From a bacterium (GTDB lineage: Bacteria > Patescibacteriota > Microgenomatia > JAMCZE01), in assembly GCA_021788195.1 (NCBI GenBank), contig JAJYKY010000003.1, positions 1-37,771 on the forward strand: a stretch of 37,771 nt of DNA, in the 5' to 3' direction. Both the position numbers and the translations under genes were made by a program. How positions within the stretch are numbered: position 1 is the first letter of the stretch; every line of letters starts with the position of its first letter. Shown in pieces: positions 17,722 through 27,543 of this stretch. The notes under the pieces were generated by a model. It was not told the DNA's origin and did no database searches. It saw only the letters and a program-made list of their open reading frames with translations.

Positions 17722-20007
17722 ATGAGAAAAGGTTTAAATAAAATTAAACAAACAGCGGTAATCTTTCTGATTACGGTTATGCTATTCGGTCCGGCCAACT
17801 GGCCCCGATTTAATCGGGACTGGCTGGTTTTAGCGGAGGACGCCTCACCTTCCGCCACCCCGGTGGCCCCGTCTGCCCCGGCGGCCCCGACTGAACCTTC
17901 AACCCCGGCGGCTCCTGCCGCGCCGACAGCTCCGAAAAGCCCGACTTTGTCAGCCCCGCCTCCGGCTACTTTGCCGGCCACCACAACGACGGAAAGTCCG
18001 GCAACCGGGACTGCCAATCCGACCGAAAACAGCGCTACGGCCAAGACTCAAACCGATTCCGGACCAACGACAACCGGAACCTCGGCTCAAACACAAACTA
18101 CAACGGGAACAACCGGATCTTCGGTCCTTTCCCCTGATAGCACGGCTACCGGCGGGGTAATTAACAGCGGCAATGTCGGCAACACCACCGTTAAAACCGG
18201 CTCCGGGCTTTCTTCGGGAACGGTAATCACCACGGCCAACAGCAATATGACAAACGAAGCCAGCGGATCGGGGGCCTTATCTAACGGGGCTAATACCGGC
18301 AACGGTTCGGAGTCAATAAATACGGCTGGGACTACGAGCACCAATCGTGATAATACCGTCCAAACCAATACGGCCAACGTCCAGACAGGATTAAATTTAG
18401 CAACGGTAACGGGAAGCAATATCTCTTCTAAAAATGTCGGCGATACCCAGGTAACTACCGGCGACGCCAACGTTAACGGAACGGTGGTCACGGCGGTGAA
18501 TACTAATGTTGACGAGGCGGTAGTGGCAACCTTTAATGTAGCCGATAACCACACCGGGGACATTATTCTTGCTCCCCAGTCCGCTTCCTCTGTCTGTCCT
18601 TCCGGCTGTGGGGCCGGGTCTGCTGCCGATAGCGGAAACGGGGCGGATTCGACGAATACGGCTTCAGTTTCAGCAATCACTAACCCCAATACCTTTCAGG
18701 CCAACACGGCTGACGTTGGGTCGACGCTGATTTTAACGGCTGATTCCGGAAGCAACCAGACGAATAAAAACACCGGCGGCGACAGCACTATCACTACCGG
18801 TGACGCTAATGTCTCCGGCAGCGCCGTTAACTTTCTCAACAATAATCTTGCCGGCGGGGTGCTGTACAACGTGGTCAATATTTACGGCAACCTGATCGGC
18901 GATATTATCCTGCCTCCTTCGGCGGTGGCGACCGGCTCGGGGCAGACCACCCCGGCCGCGAGCGGGGCAGCCAACATCGGAAACGGAACCGGGAGTCAAA
19001 AGACTGCCGGGGTAACTACGGCGGATAACAGCCGGACTTTTCAAGCTAACGCGGCGGATATCGGCAACAATATGGTTCTTTCGGCTAACACCGGGACCAA
19101 TAATACTTCCGGCAACACGAACGGCGACGCTGCCGTCCAAAGCGGCACCGCCAATGTTCTTGCCAAATCCCTGACGGTAGCTAACACTAATGTGAGCAAC
19201 GGGACTGTCTGGCTGGTTTTGATAAACGAGGCCGGCCATTGGGTAGGGCAAATTTTAGGAGCTCCGGCCGGAGCGACCAGCGCCGGATCGGAAGGGACAA
19301 CTTTATCCGTCGCGCCCAACGGCAATGTTTCGGCAACCAATACCGGAAACGGGGCTGACAGTAATAACCTGGCCCAAAATAACAGTCAGACTAACGCCAC
19401 CGTGTCCCAAAGTAACCTGGCAAAAATTATGAATAAATTGCTTTTGACCGCCAATACGGGCTCTAATATGGCCTCAGATAACACCGGCGGCGATTCGACC
19501 ATTAAAACCGGAGATGCGACGGTTATCGCCAACATCCTTAATTTTGTTAATAACAATATCTCCGCGGACGGCCGGCTGGTGGTAACGGTGATAAACGTCT
19601 TTGGCAGCTGGATCGGGGATTTTGTTCCGCCGGGGCAAACTCCGGACCCAAAACCGGTAGACAACAACCCGGCGGAAAATTCCCAAACGGCAACGACTGA
19701 TTCTTCAACCGGAACTGAGGTGAGCCAGCCGTCGTCAACTAATTCCCAGCAGTCGGAACAAACTTCCGGCGCGCCGGCTGTTTCTGAAAGCAAGAGCCCG
19801 GCTTTCCGGCCGTCTTGGGGAGACGCCCCGATGGTTCCGACTTCAGTTTTGGCTGCGGCTGATTCTGCTGTGGCCCCCGATCTGGGTTTGCTGGTTCCGA
19901 AAAACCCGCGCCTGATAACCGTCAATTTGGCCTGGCTCTTAATTATCCTTCCCGGACTGGTCCTTATAGGAATTACTATTCGGCGCCTTCGAGAATCTCA
20001 TGGCTGA
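17722..20007 (+). CDS. Membrane-anchored paralogous repeat protein (candidate anchor/nucleator)
   Basis: Signal-like N-terminus, Pro/Ala/Thr linker, about 4.5 copies of the same repeat, Ser/Thr linker, and C-terminal TM (LAWLLIILPGLVLIGITI) followed by RRLR. Confidence 0.85.
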   Translation: MRKGLNKIKQTAVIFLITVMLFGPANWPRFNRDWLVLAEDASPSATPVAPSAPAAPTEPSTPAAPAAPTAPKSPTLSAPPPATLPATTTTESPATGTANPTENSATAKTQTDSGPTTTGTSAQTQTTTGTTGSSVLSPDSTATGGVINSGNVGNTTVKTGSGLSSGTVITTANSNMTNEASGSGALSNGANTGNGSESINTAGTTSTNRDNTVQTNTANVQTGLNLATVTGSNISSKNVGDTQVTTGDANVNGTVVTAVNTNVDEAVVATFNVADNHTGDIILAPQSASSVCPSGCGAGSAADSGNGADSTNTASVSAITNPNTFQANTADVGSTLILTADSGSNQTNKNTGGDSTITTGDANVSGSAVNFLNNNLAGGVLYNVVNIYGNLIGDIILPPSAVATGSGQTTPAASGAANIGNGTGSQKTAGVTTADNSRTFQANAADIGNNMVLSANTGTNNTSGNTNGDAAVQSGTANVLAKSLTVANTNVSNGTVWLVLINEAGHWVGQILGAPAGATSAGSEGTTLSVAPNGNVSATNTGNGADSNNLAQNNSQTNATVSQSNLAKIMNKLLLTANTGSNMASDNTGGDSTIKTGDATVIANILNFVNNNISADGRLVVTVINVFGSWIGDFVPPGQTPDPKPVDNNPAENSQTATTDSSTGTEVSQPSSTNSQQSEQTSGAPAVSESKSPAFRPSWGDAPMVPTSVLAAADSAVAPDLGLLVPKNPRLITVNLAWLLIILPGLVLIGITIRRLRESHG

Positions 20008-20545
20008 AAAAAGTTCCCGCGAAAGCAGCACCTCCAATGTGTTTTATACTCAGTTAATCGGCAACATTGAGGATGACACGATAAAGAAGGTGATTGAAGA
20101 TTTAAATATCGCCAATTCCAAAGAGTATGTTAAAGAAGTCCGGTTGACTCTGGTTACCTACGGCGGCGATCTGCTTTACGCTTTTGCCCTTTATGACCAT
20201 ATCCAGGCTTCGGCCAAGCCGGTGGACATAATTGTCGAAGGCGCCTGTATGTCGGCCGGCGTGATGATTCTGCAGGCGGCCCGGAAAAGGATTTCCCGCC
20301 CTAACACCGTCTTTATGGTTCACCCGAGCATTACTTCTCTTGAGGAAAAAGCCTATCCGGAATTTATTTCCATTGTCGACCAGTATAAGAAAAATCACGA
20401 ACTGTTTATCCGTCTTTCGATTGAAAGATCGGGTATGAGCCGGGAAGAATTTGAAAGAATTTACAACCCCCGCAAGTACCTTACTCCGCAGGAAGCCCTG
20501 TCTTTCGGCAAACACGGCCTGATTGACGAAATTCTGGAAAAATAG
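20000..20545 (+). CDS. ClpP-like protease, divergent paralogue
   Basis: TYGGD, GACMSAG (Ser), FMVHP (His) and YLTPQEA...GLIDEI; start overlaps the upstream stop. Confidence 0.85.
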   Translation: MAEKSSRESSTSNVFYTQLIGNIEDDTIKKVIEDLNIANSKEYVKEVRLTLVTYGGDLLYAFALYDHIQASAKPVDIIVEGACMSAGVMILQAARKRISRPNTVFMVHPSITSLEEKAYPEFISIVDQYKKNHELFIRLSIERSGMSREEFERIYNPRKYLTPQEALSFGKHGLIDEILEK

Positions 20546-20634
20546 CTTTTCTTTTTCATACCCAACTGCCAATCTTTCTTGATTTTTGTTTGTTATCCTT
20601 GTCGGCAGTCTATTTAGAGATGAGGTGAAGAAAA

Positions 20635-20808
20635 ATGGCGGATGAAGATAAAACTACGGGACCTGACGATATGAACAGTCCGGTCAATTTTACTCCCGAT
20701 GATGATCTGACAGAGGATGTTGATCGCGGCCAGAGCGGGGAAGGGAAAAAGCGCTCCTACCAGAAAGGGTCCGAAAAAAACCGGAACTCAAAGCGGCACG
20801 GCAGGTAG
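20635..20808 (+). CDS. Small 57-aa hydrophilic protein (below the ORF-track cutoff)
   Basis: GAGGTGA RBS; translates MADEDKTTGPDDMNSPVNFTPDDDLTEDVDRGQSGEGKKRSYQKGSEKNRNSKRHGR. Confidence 0.6.
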   Translation: MADEDKTTGPDDMNSPVNFTPDDDLTEDVDRGQSGEGKKRSYQKGSEKNRNSKRHGR

Positions 20809-20820
20809 TAATCAAGGGAT

Positions 20821-21555
20821 CTAAAAAGAGAGGAGATTGAGCAGGCTGTCGAGGGGGGACTGGGTAACGGAAAGAACCGTTCCGTTTTCAGTAGAGACAT
20901 CGGTGGTGACCGGTCGGGATACGTCAAACAAGCCGAGGAATTTATAGTTTTTCCGGCCTTGGATTTCATAAGCCAATTGGCCTTCCACCGTAGCTACCTC
21001 AATCGGCTGGGAGTTATCGATCACGGTTATAAATTTCTTCCGGATCATGTTTTCCACGGCTTTATCCGGAAGGATGGCGACGGTTTTGGTTCCGGCAGGG
21101 GTGGTCACAATCAAGGCGCCGGTGGTAGCATTAATGCTTAAGGGAAAGTGAATATTGGCCCGGATGTTATTCGACTTAATTTCCGTTTCTCCGGAACTGG
21201 TGGAGATTTTCAGATTCTCCGTTTCCTGTTCGTATTTCGTTTCTGTAGTTCGTTCCTGAACGGTTTCTTTGTTTCTTTCCCGGTTTTTCTCCTGCTCGTG
21301 CAGTTCTTTCGGTTCTGGTTTTTCGGCCTCCCCTACCTGGGTTTGTTGAGAAGTTTCGTCACTGTCTTTAATTGATAGCGGTGGTTCGACAACGCTTGGG
21401 GCAACAGTTGTTTTTACCTGGCTTTCGCCCAGGATCTGGTTTTCGGCTGGCGGGAAAATGGTCTTTCTAAGGCTGGTGCCGAGGATAATGGCCGCGGCAG
21501 CCATAAGAACGACAATTACTAAAATATGGACAAAGCCGCGTGGTTTGGAAGTCAT
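20821..21555 (-). CDS. Membrane-anchored hypothetical protein with a charged linker and C-terminal globular domain
   Basis: MTSKPRGFVHILVIVV leader, Glu/Lys/Thr-rich linker; TAAGAT 7 nt before ATG 21555. Confidence 0.7.
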   Translation of the reverse strand: MTSKPRGFVHILVIVVLMAAAAIILGTSLRKTIFPPAENQILGESQVKTTVAPSVVEPPLSIKDSDETSQQTQVGEAEKPEPKELHEQEKNRERNKETVQERTTETKYEQETENLKISTSSGETEIKSNNIRANIHFPLSINATTGALIVTTPAGTKTVAILPDKAVENMIRKKFITVIDNSQPIEVATVEGQLAYEIQGRKNYKFLGLFDVSRPVTTDVSTENGTVLSVTQSPLDSLLNLLSF

Positions 21556-21641
21556 TAAATCTATCTTAGGGACTATTTTGGGGATTGTCAAGATTCCTTC
21601 GGGATTGATTTATGAGGAAAAACGATTTAGGATGAACTTAG

Positions 21642-22064
21642 ATGGGAAGTTTTAACTGGTACAAAGTAGTGGCCTTGCTGGCTGTTTTCGGAATCGGTCT
21701 GGCCGTCTATCTGTTTTACGAATATCTGACACCGCCGCACCGGTCGCTCTGCTTTGTTAACTCCACCATTAATTGCGAAGCCTCGACCAAAGGTCCTTTG
21801 GCAAACACTTTGGGAATTCCGACCGCTCTGTATGGTCTGGCTGGCTATATTGTCATACTGCTGTCAGCCCTTAAAAAATGGCCGAAGCTGCTTTTGGGAA
21901 CGGTCACTTTCGGCCTGTTTTTCTGTTTAAGGATCACTTATATCGAGGTCTTTACTCTTCACTCCCTCTGTCCGGTTTGTCTGGCCTGCCAACTGGTAAT
22001 GCTTACTCTTTTTGGTCTATCTATAAAAATCCTCTACGATGCCAAAAATCCCGCCGCGGTTTAA
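21642..22064 (+). CDS. Vitamin K epoxide reductase (VKOR) family protein
   Basis: Loop Cys pair C-x7-C, LGIPTALYG, active-site CPVC; four TMs. Confidence 0.9.
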   Translation: MGSFNWYKVVALLAVFGIGLAVYLFYEYLTPPHRSLCFVNSTINCEASTKGPLANTLGIPTALYGLAGYIVILLSALKKWPKLLLGTVTFGLFFCLRITYIEVFTLHSLCPVCLACQLVMLTLFGLSIKILYDAKNPAAV

Positions 22065-23292
22065 GCGCTTCCTGAAAATTTTGGGCCCGGGTTTAATTAC
22101 CGGCGCGGCCGACGATGATCCGTCAGGTATCGGGACCTACAGTTTAGCCGGAGCGCAATTTGGTTACGGTCTTTTGTGGACGGCCTGGCTGACTTTACCT
22201 CTAATGGCGGCTGTCCAGGAAATTTGCGGCCGGATCGGTTTGGTAACCGGGGCCGGCCTGGCCCGGGTAATCAAAGACCATTACCCAAGACCGCTTTTGT
22301 GGCTGGTGACCGTCCTTCTTATTGCCGCTAACGTCTTTAATATCGGGGCCGACTTATCCGGGATGGCAGCAGCCTTAAGATTGTTGTTCCCCGTCCACGA
22401 ACTTTTAAGTGCTTTTTTCCTGACGGTGTTTTTAGTGGTTTTGTTAATCCAGCTTCCGTACCGGAAAATTGCCAATGTTTTCAAGTGGCTGACCCTGCCG
22501 CTTTTTGCCTATGTCATAACCTTTTTTATCGTAGAGAAAAATTACCAAGGACTTTTGGCGGGAACTTTTCTTCCGGCCCTGTCGCTTTTTACCCGGCCGG
22601 CCTACCTTTTGATGTTGGTGGGAGTTTTAGGAACGACGATTTCGCCTTATCTCTTTTTCTGGCAGGCCAGTGAGGAAGTGGAGGAAGAAAAAATCAGCCA
22701 TAAAATTGTTACTAAACATGAACTGCGCAACGAAGCCGAAGACACTGTTTCCGGAATGGTCCTTTCCAATATCGTAACCTTTTTCATTATCGCCACCACC
22801 GGGGCAACCCTTTTTACTGCCGGGCTTACTAATATCAATACGGCCGCCGAGGCGGCGTCGGCTCTTCGCCCACTGGCCGGAAATCTGGCTTTTCTCCTTT
22901 TTGCCGTCGGAATTTTCGGGACAGGGGTATTGGCTATCCCGGTTTTAGCCGGTTCGGCCGCTTATGCTGTCGCGGAGACCTTTAGTTTTTCCGAAGGATT
23001 AAATAAGCCGTTTCGTCGGGCAAAAGCTTTCTATCTGGTCATAATTCTCTCAACCGCAGTGGGATTTTTGCTTAATCTGGCGGGCCTGAACCCGATCAAA
23101 TATCTTTTATATTCGGCAGTTCTCAACGGGCTTATCGCCCCGGTTTTGATTGCCGTGATAATCCTTATTGCCAACAACCGAAAAATTATGGGCAGCTATA
23201 GAAATAATTTGCCGTCCAATTTTTTAGCCGGGGTAGCTTTTATTCTCATGTTTCTTTCGGCAGTGGCTCTCCTTTTTTCAATGCGGTCGTAA
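22039..23292 (+). CDS. NRAMP-family divalent metal transporter
   Basis: LGPGLITGAADDDPSGIGTYS and LGTTISPYLFFWQ. Confidence 0.92.
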   Translation: MPKIPPRFKRFLKILGPGLITGAADDDPSGIGTYSLAGAQFGYGLLWTAWLTLPLMAAVQEICGRIGLVTGAGLARVIKDHYPRPLLWLVTVLLIAANVFNIGADLSGMAAALRLLFPVHELLSAFFLTVFLVVLLIQLPYRKIANVFKWLTLPLFAYVITFFIVEKNYQGLLAGTFLPALSLFTRPAYLLMLVGVLGTTISPYLFFWQASEEVEEEKISHKIVTKHELRNEAEDTVSGMVLSNIVTFFIIATTGATLFTAGLTNINTAAEAASALRPLAGNLAFLLFAVGIFGTGVLAIPVLAGSAAYAVAETFSFSEGLNKPFRRAKAFYLVIILSTAVGFLLNLAGLNPIKYLLYSAVLNGLIAPVLIAVIILIANNRKIMGSYRNNLPSNFLAGVAFILMFLSAVALLFSMRS

Positions 23293-23878
23293 CAAAGACC
23301 GTCCGGTGATAGCGGCAAGTCCCGTATTGCCGGATAGCTCCCAGATGTTTTTTTGTACCGTAGCCTTTATTGATTTTCCAGTGGTAGCGGCGGAAATCCT
23401 TGTGAAGATCACTCATGATTTTATCCCGTTCGACCTTGGCAACATTTCCGGCCAGAATCACTTCCGGGATAGTAGCGTCAGCCGCGACTTGGGAGCGGAT
23501 TCTTTCTGATTTTCCCTGAACTTTAATTTTTAAATTGCCGTCAACAATATATTTGTCGGCGGTAACCTTTCGGATCAGTCTTTTAAAAATTTCCCGGTTG
23601 GCCCAGCCGACCCCGCGGTTATTAATCTGCCGGGCAGAAATTACCTCAAGAGAAACTTCGGCCCCGGTTCTTAAAAGGGCCCGGCAAAGCTTTTCTCTCT
23701 GACCGCTTTTTAGAAGTTTACTGTCTTTTAAGGGAGTTTCGCTCAGATGGGCAATCTTGGCCGGAGGAGAAGCGAGGATTACGGCAGCGGCCACTAAGGG
23801 CCCGGCCACAGCGCCCCGCCCGGCCTCGTCCAGACCGCAAATACGCTCGGAATTGGCCTTTTTTTGCTTTTTGGTCAT
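23246..23878 (-). CDS. rnhB: Ribonuclease HII
   Basis: GLDEAGRGAVAGP, LKDSK, IVDGN, AKVERD and NKGYGTKKH. Confidence 0.92.
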   Translation of the reverse strand: MTKKQKKANSERICGLDEAGRGAVAGPLVAAAVILASPPAKIAHLSETPLKDSKLLKSGQREKLCRALLRTGAEVSLEVISARQINNRGVGWANREIFKRLIRKVTADKYIVDGNLKIKVQGKSERIRSQVAADATIPEVILAGNVAKVERDKIMSDLHKDFRRYHWKINKGYGTKKHLGAIRQYGTCRYHRTVFVTTALKKGEPLPKET

Positions 23879-23987
23879 GGCGCTAATTATACCGGTTTGC
23901 TCTCCCCGGGGGCCGAGATTTGACTTTTATAGGTTCTTTATGGTAATATTAGCGCATTCTCGCGCGAAATCATGCGAGAATTTTTTT

Positions 23988-24689
23988 ATGGCTAAAATTA
24001 AGAAATATTTTCTTAAGCAAATTTCCGGCCATGTTTTTTTTCTTCGCCTAAAACTTTCCGTGGTTTCTTCCTGGCTGAAACTTCTGGCCGGGTTTGAGGG
24101 TCAGCACCGGAGTCTTCTGGGTGCTTATCTGCAGCGCGCGTCCGTCAGTCAGAAGTTGCGCCGGTTGGTCGGTCTCTTCCTTGTAACCGCTTTTGCCGTG
24201 ACCGTAACTTTTCCCCGCTGGTCTCTGGGAGCCAACATGGGTGGCACGCTGGGAATTAATACTGTTCCGGCTGCCCCGAGAGTGGATACCTTGACCCGGG
24301 TTTCCGCCCGGATCCCGGTGGACACAATTTATATTTCCCGGGGTTTCAGCTGGTATCACAGCGGGATGGATTTGGTGGCTCACTACGGAGCGCCGGTTTA
24401 TCCGATTATGGACGGGGTAGTGATTGCTACGCCGACGGACTGGTTTGGCTACGGCAAACACGTCATTGTTGATCACGGCGGCGGCTTTACCTCCCTTTAC
24501 GGCCATTTTTCTAAAATTGATGTTCAGGTCGGTCAACATGTGACCGTCAATACCCAGATCGGGGAAGTGGGAACCACCGGCTTTTCGACCGGTCCGCACG
24601 TTCATTTGGAAGTTCGCATCAACAATCAGCCGACCGATCCGTCAGAATACCTGCCGGATACGGAAACGATTGCGCTAAATCCGAAATAA
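23988..24689 (+). CDS. M23 family metallopeptidase, membrane-anchored
   Basis: HSGMD (HxxxD), YGKHVIVDH, SLYGH and GPHVHLE (HxH). Start set at ATG 23988, downstream of TTGACT-18-TAATAT. Confidence 0.9.
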   Translation: MAKIKKYFLKQISGHVFFLRLKLSVVSSWLKLLAGFEGQHRSLLGAYLQRASVSQKLRRLVGLFLVTAFAVTVTFPRWSLGANMGGTLGINTVPAAPRVDTLTRVSARIPVDTIYISRGFSWYHSGMDLVAHYGAPVYPIMDGVVIATPTDWFGYGKHVIVDHGGGFTSLYGHFSKIDVQVGQHVTVNTQIGEVGTTGFSTGPHVHLEVRINNQPTDPSEYLPDTETIALNPK

Positions 24690-24694
24690 ATTTC

Positions 24695-26651
<1,957 letters not shown>

Positions 26652-26653
26652 AG

Positions 26654-26680
26654 TTAGCACTCATTAATATCGATTGCGAT
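26654..26680. promoter_or_regulatory. CIRCE operator (HrcA site) of groESL
   Basis: TTAGCACTC-N9-GATTGCGAT (one perfect arm, other 6/9). Minus-strand promoter TTGACA (26708-26703)-18-TAAAAT abuts it. Confidence 0.85.
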
Positions 26681-26704
26681 TTTAAAAAAAATTCCTGCTT
26701 CTTG

Positions 26705-27232
26705 TCAAGAGGTAAATTGAGACTGCTTTAAGAAATCGGAAAAGTCGGAAAAATACGGGTACTCGTGATCGCGGCGCGGTTTGGAAATTACTTTTATTTC
26801 CGGATTAATCCCTTCCAAAAGCTGTTTAACGGCCAAAAGATCACCGTGCGGATCGGCTTCGTTTTGAAAAACCAAAAGGTTTTGGGCCGGAAAATAAGAA
26901 AGAGCTTCGTAAAGTTTCTCGTCGCTTTCTTCCAAATCATTTAAAGGTAGGCCGCAGAGGATAAGTTTTTTAACGGGGGCGGGTTTCTGGGCTAAAACCG
27001 TCATCGCTACGGCAGTCCCGATGGACTTGGCGACGATAGATGTTTCCTGGTCAGCCATCAGCGCGATAATCCGGTCGGCTTCCTTCTGAATCCAGTCGTC
27101 TTCTTTTACGCCGGTTTCCCAGCGTTGCCAAAAAATCGGTCGCGGGTGAAGGTCTGGGGAAAGCTTCTTGGCCGAAGCCTCTGCCCACTCCTTGTTATGA
27201 ACTGATCCGCCGGGAAGAATAAAGGTCACCAT
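26705..27232 (-). CDS. Small alpha/beta-fold hydrolase
   Basis: ILPGGS oxyanion loop, nucleophile elbow AKSIG, ADPHG and DHEY. Confidence 0.75.
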   Translation of the reverse strand: MVTFILPGGSVHNKEWAEASAKKLSPDLHPRPIFWQRWETGVKEDDWIQKEADRIIALMADQETSIVAKSIGTAVAMTVLAQKPAPVKKLILCGLPLNDLEESDEKLYEALSYFPAQNLLVFQNEADPHGDLLAVKQLLEGINPEIKVISKPRRDHEYPYFSDFSDFLKQSQFTS

Positions 27233-27274
27233 CGTTCCTATTATATTATATTTATATTAACCCTGATGGGCGAA

Positions 27275-27442
27275 TTAGATCTTGGAGACGACGACAAAGC
27301 CGGTTCCGGTGGCAAAAGCCACGATTAGGCGGAAGAGCTGGAACGGGTTAAAAGTTGCGGCGTACTGGCTAAAAAGCAGACCGGCAAAACCGGTAAAAAT
27401 GAGGAAACAGAAAACGTGGATGGCCGGAATATTGTCGGGCAA
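27275..27442 (-). CDS. Putative 55-aa two-TM membrane protein
   Basis: TTG start just after the minus-strand promoter TTGACA (27481-27476)-18-TACAAT (27457-27452); two hydrophobic segments. Confidence 0.45.
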   Translation of the reverse strand: MPDNIPAIHVFCFLIFTGFAGLLFSQYAATFNPFQLFRLIVAFATGTGFVVVSKI

Positions 27443-27504
27443 GGTGGAGGTATTGTAAAGAAAAGATAAGGGGAATGTCAATGGGGAGAAAGAGAAATGG
27501 TCTC

Positions 27505-27541
27505 TTGACAAGGGTTAGCACTCATGGTAGATTAGTGCCAA
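27505..27541 (+). promoter_or_regulatory. hrcA promoter overlapped by a CIRCE operator
   Basis: TTGACA-17-TAGATT; TTAGCACTC-N9-TAGTGCCAA at 27515-27541. Confidence 0.9.
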
Positions 27542-27543
27542 TT

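Noticed and set aside
16346-19925. Several long minus-strand ORFs over the repeat genes
   Set aside because: They are antisense shadows of low-complexity coding sequence with no independent motifs.
16374-20007. Direct assignment to curlin, FapC, ice-nucleation protein or autotransporter
   Set aside because: Repeat length and consensus differ from those families as I know them, and no beta-barrel or dedicated secretion genes are present; only an analogy is claimed.
23757-23987. N-terminal extension of the M23 ORF, and similar extensions at 1768, 4553, 9406, 11676, 12421 and 27475
   Set aside because: The extensions overlap neighbouring genes or promoter/operator elements; downstream ATGs fit the domain boundaries better.
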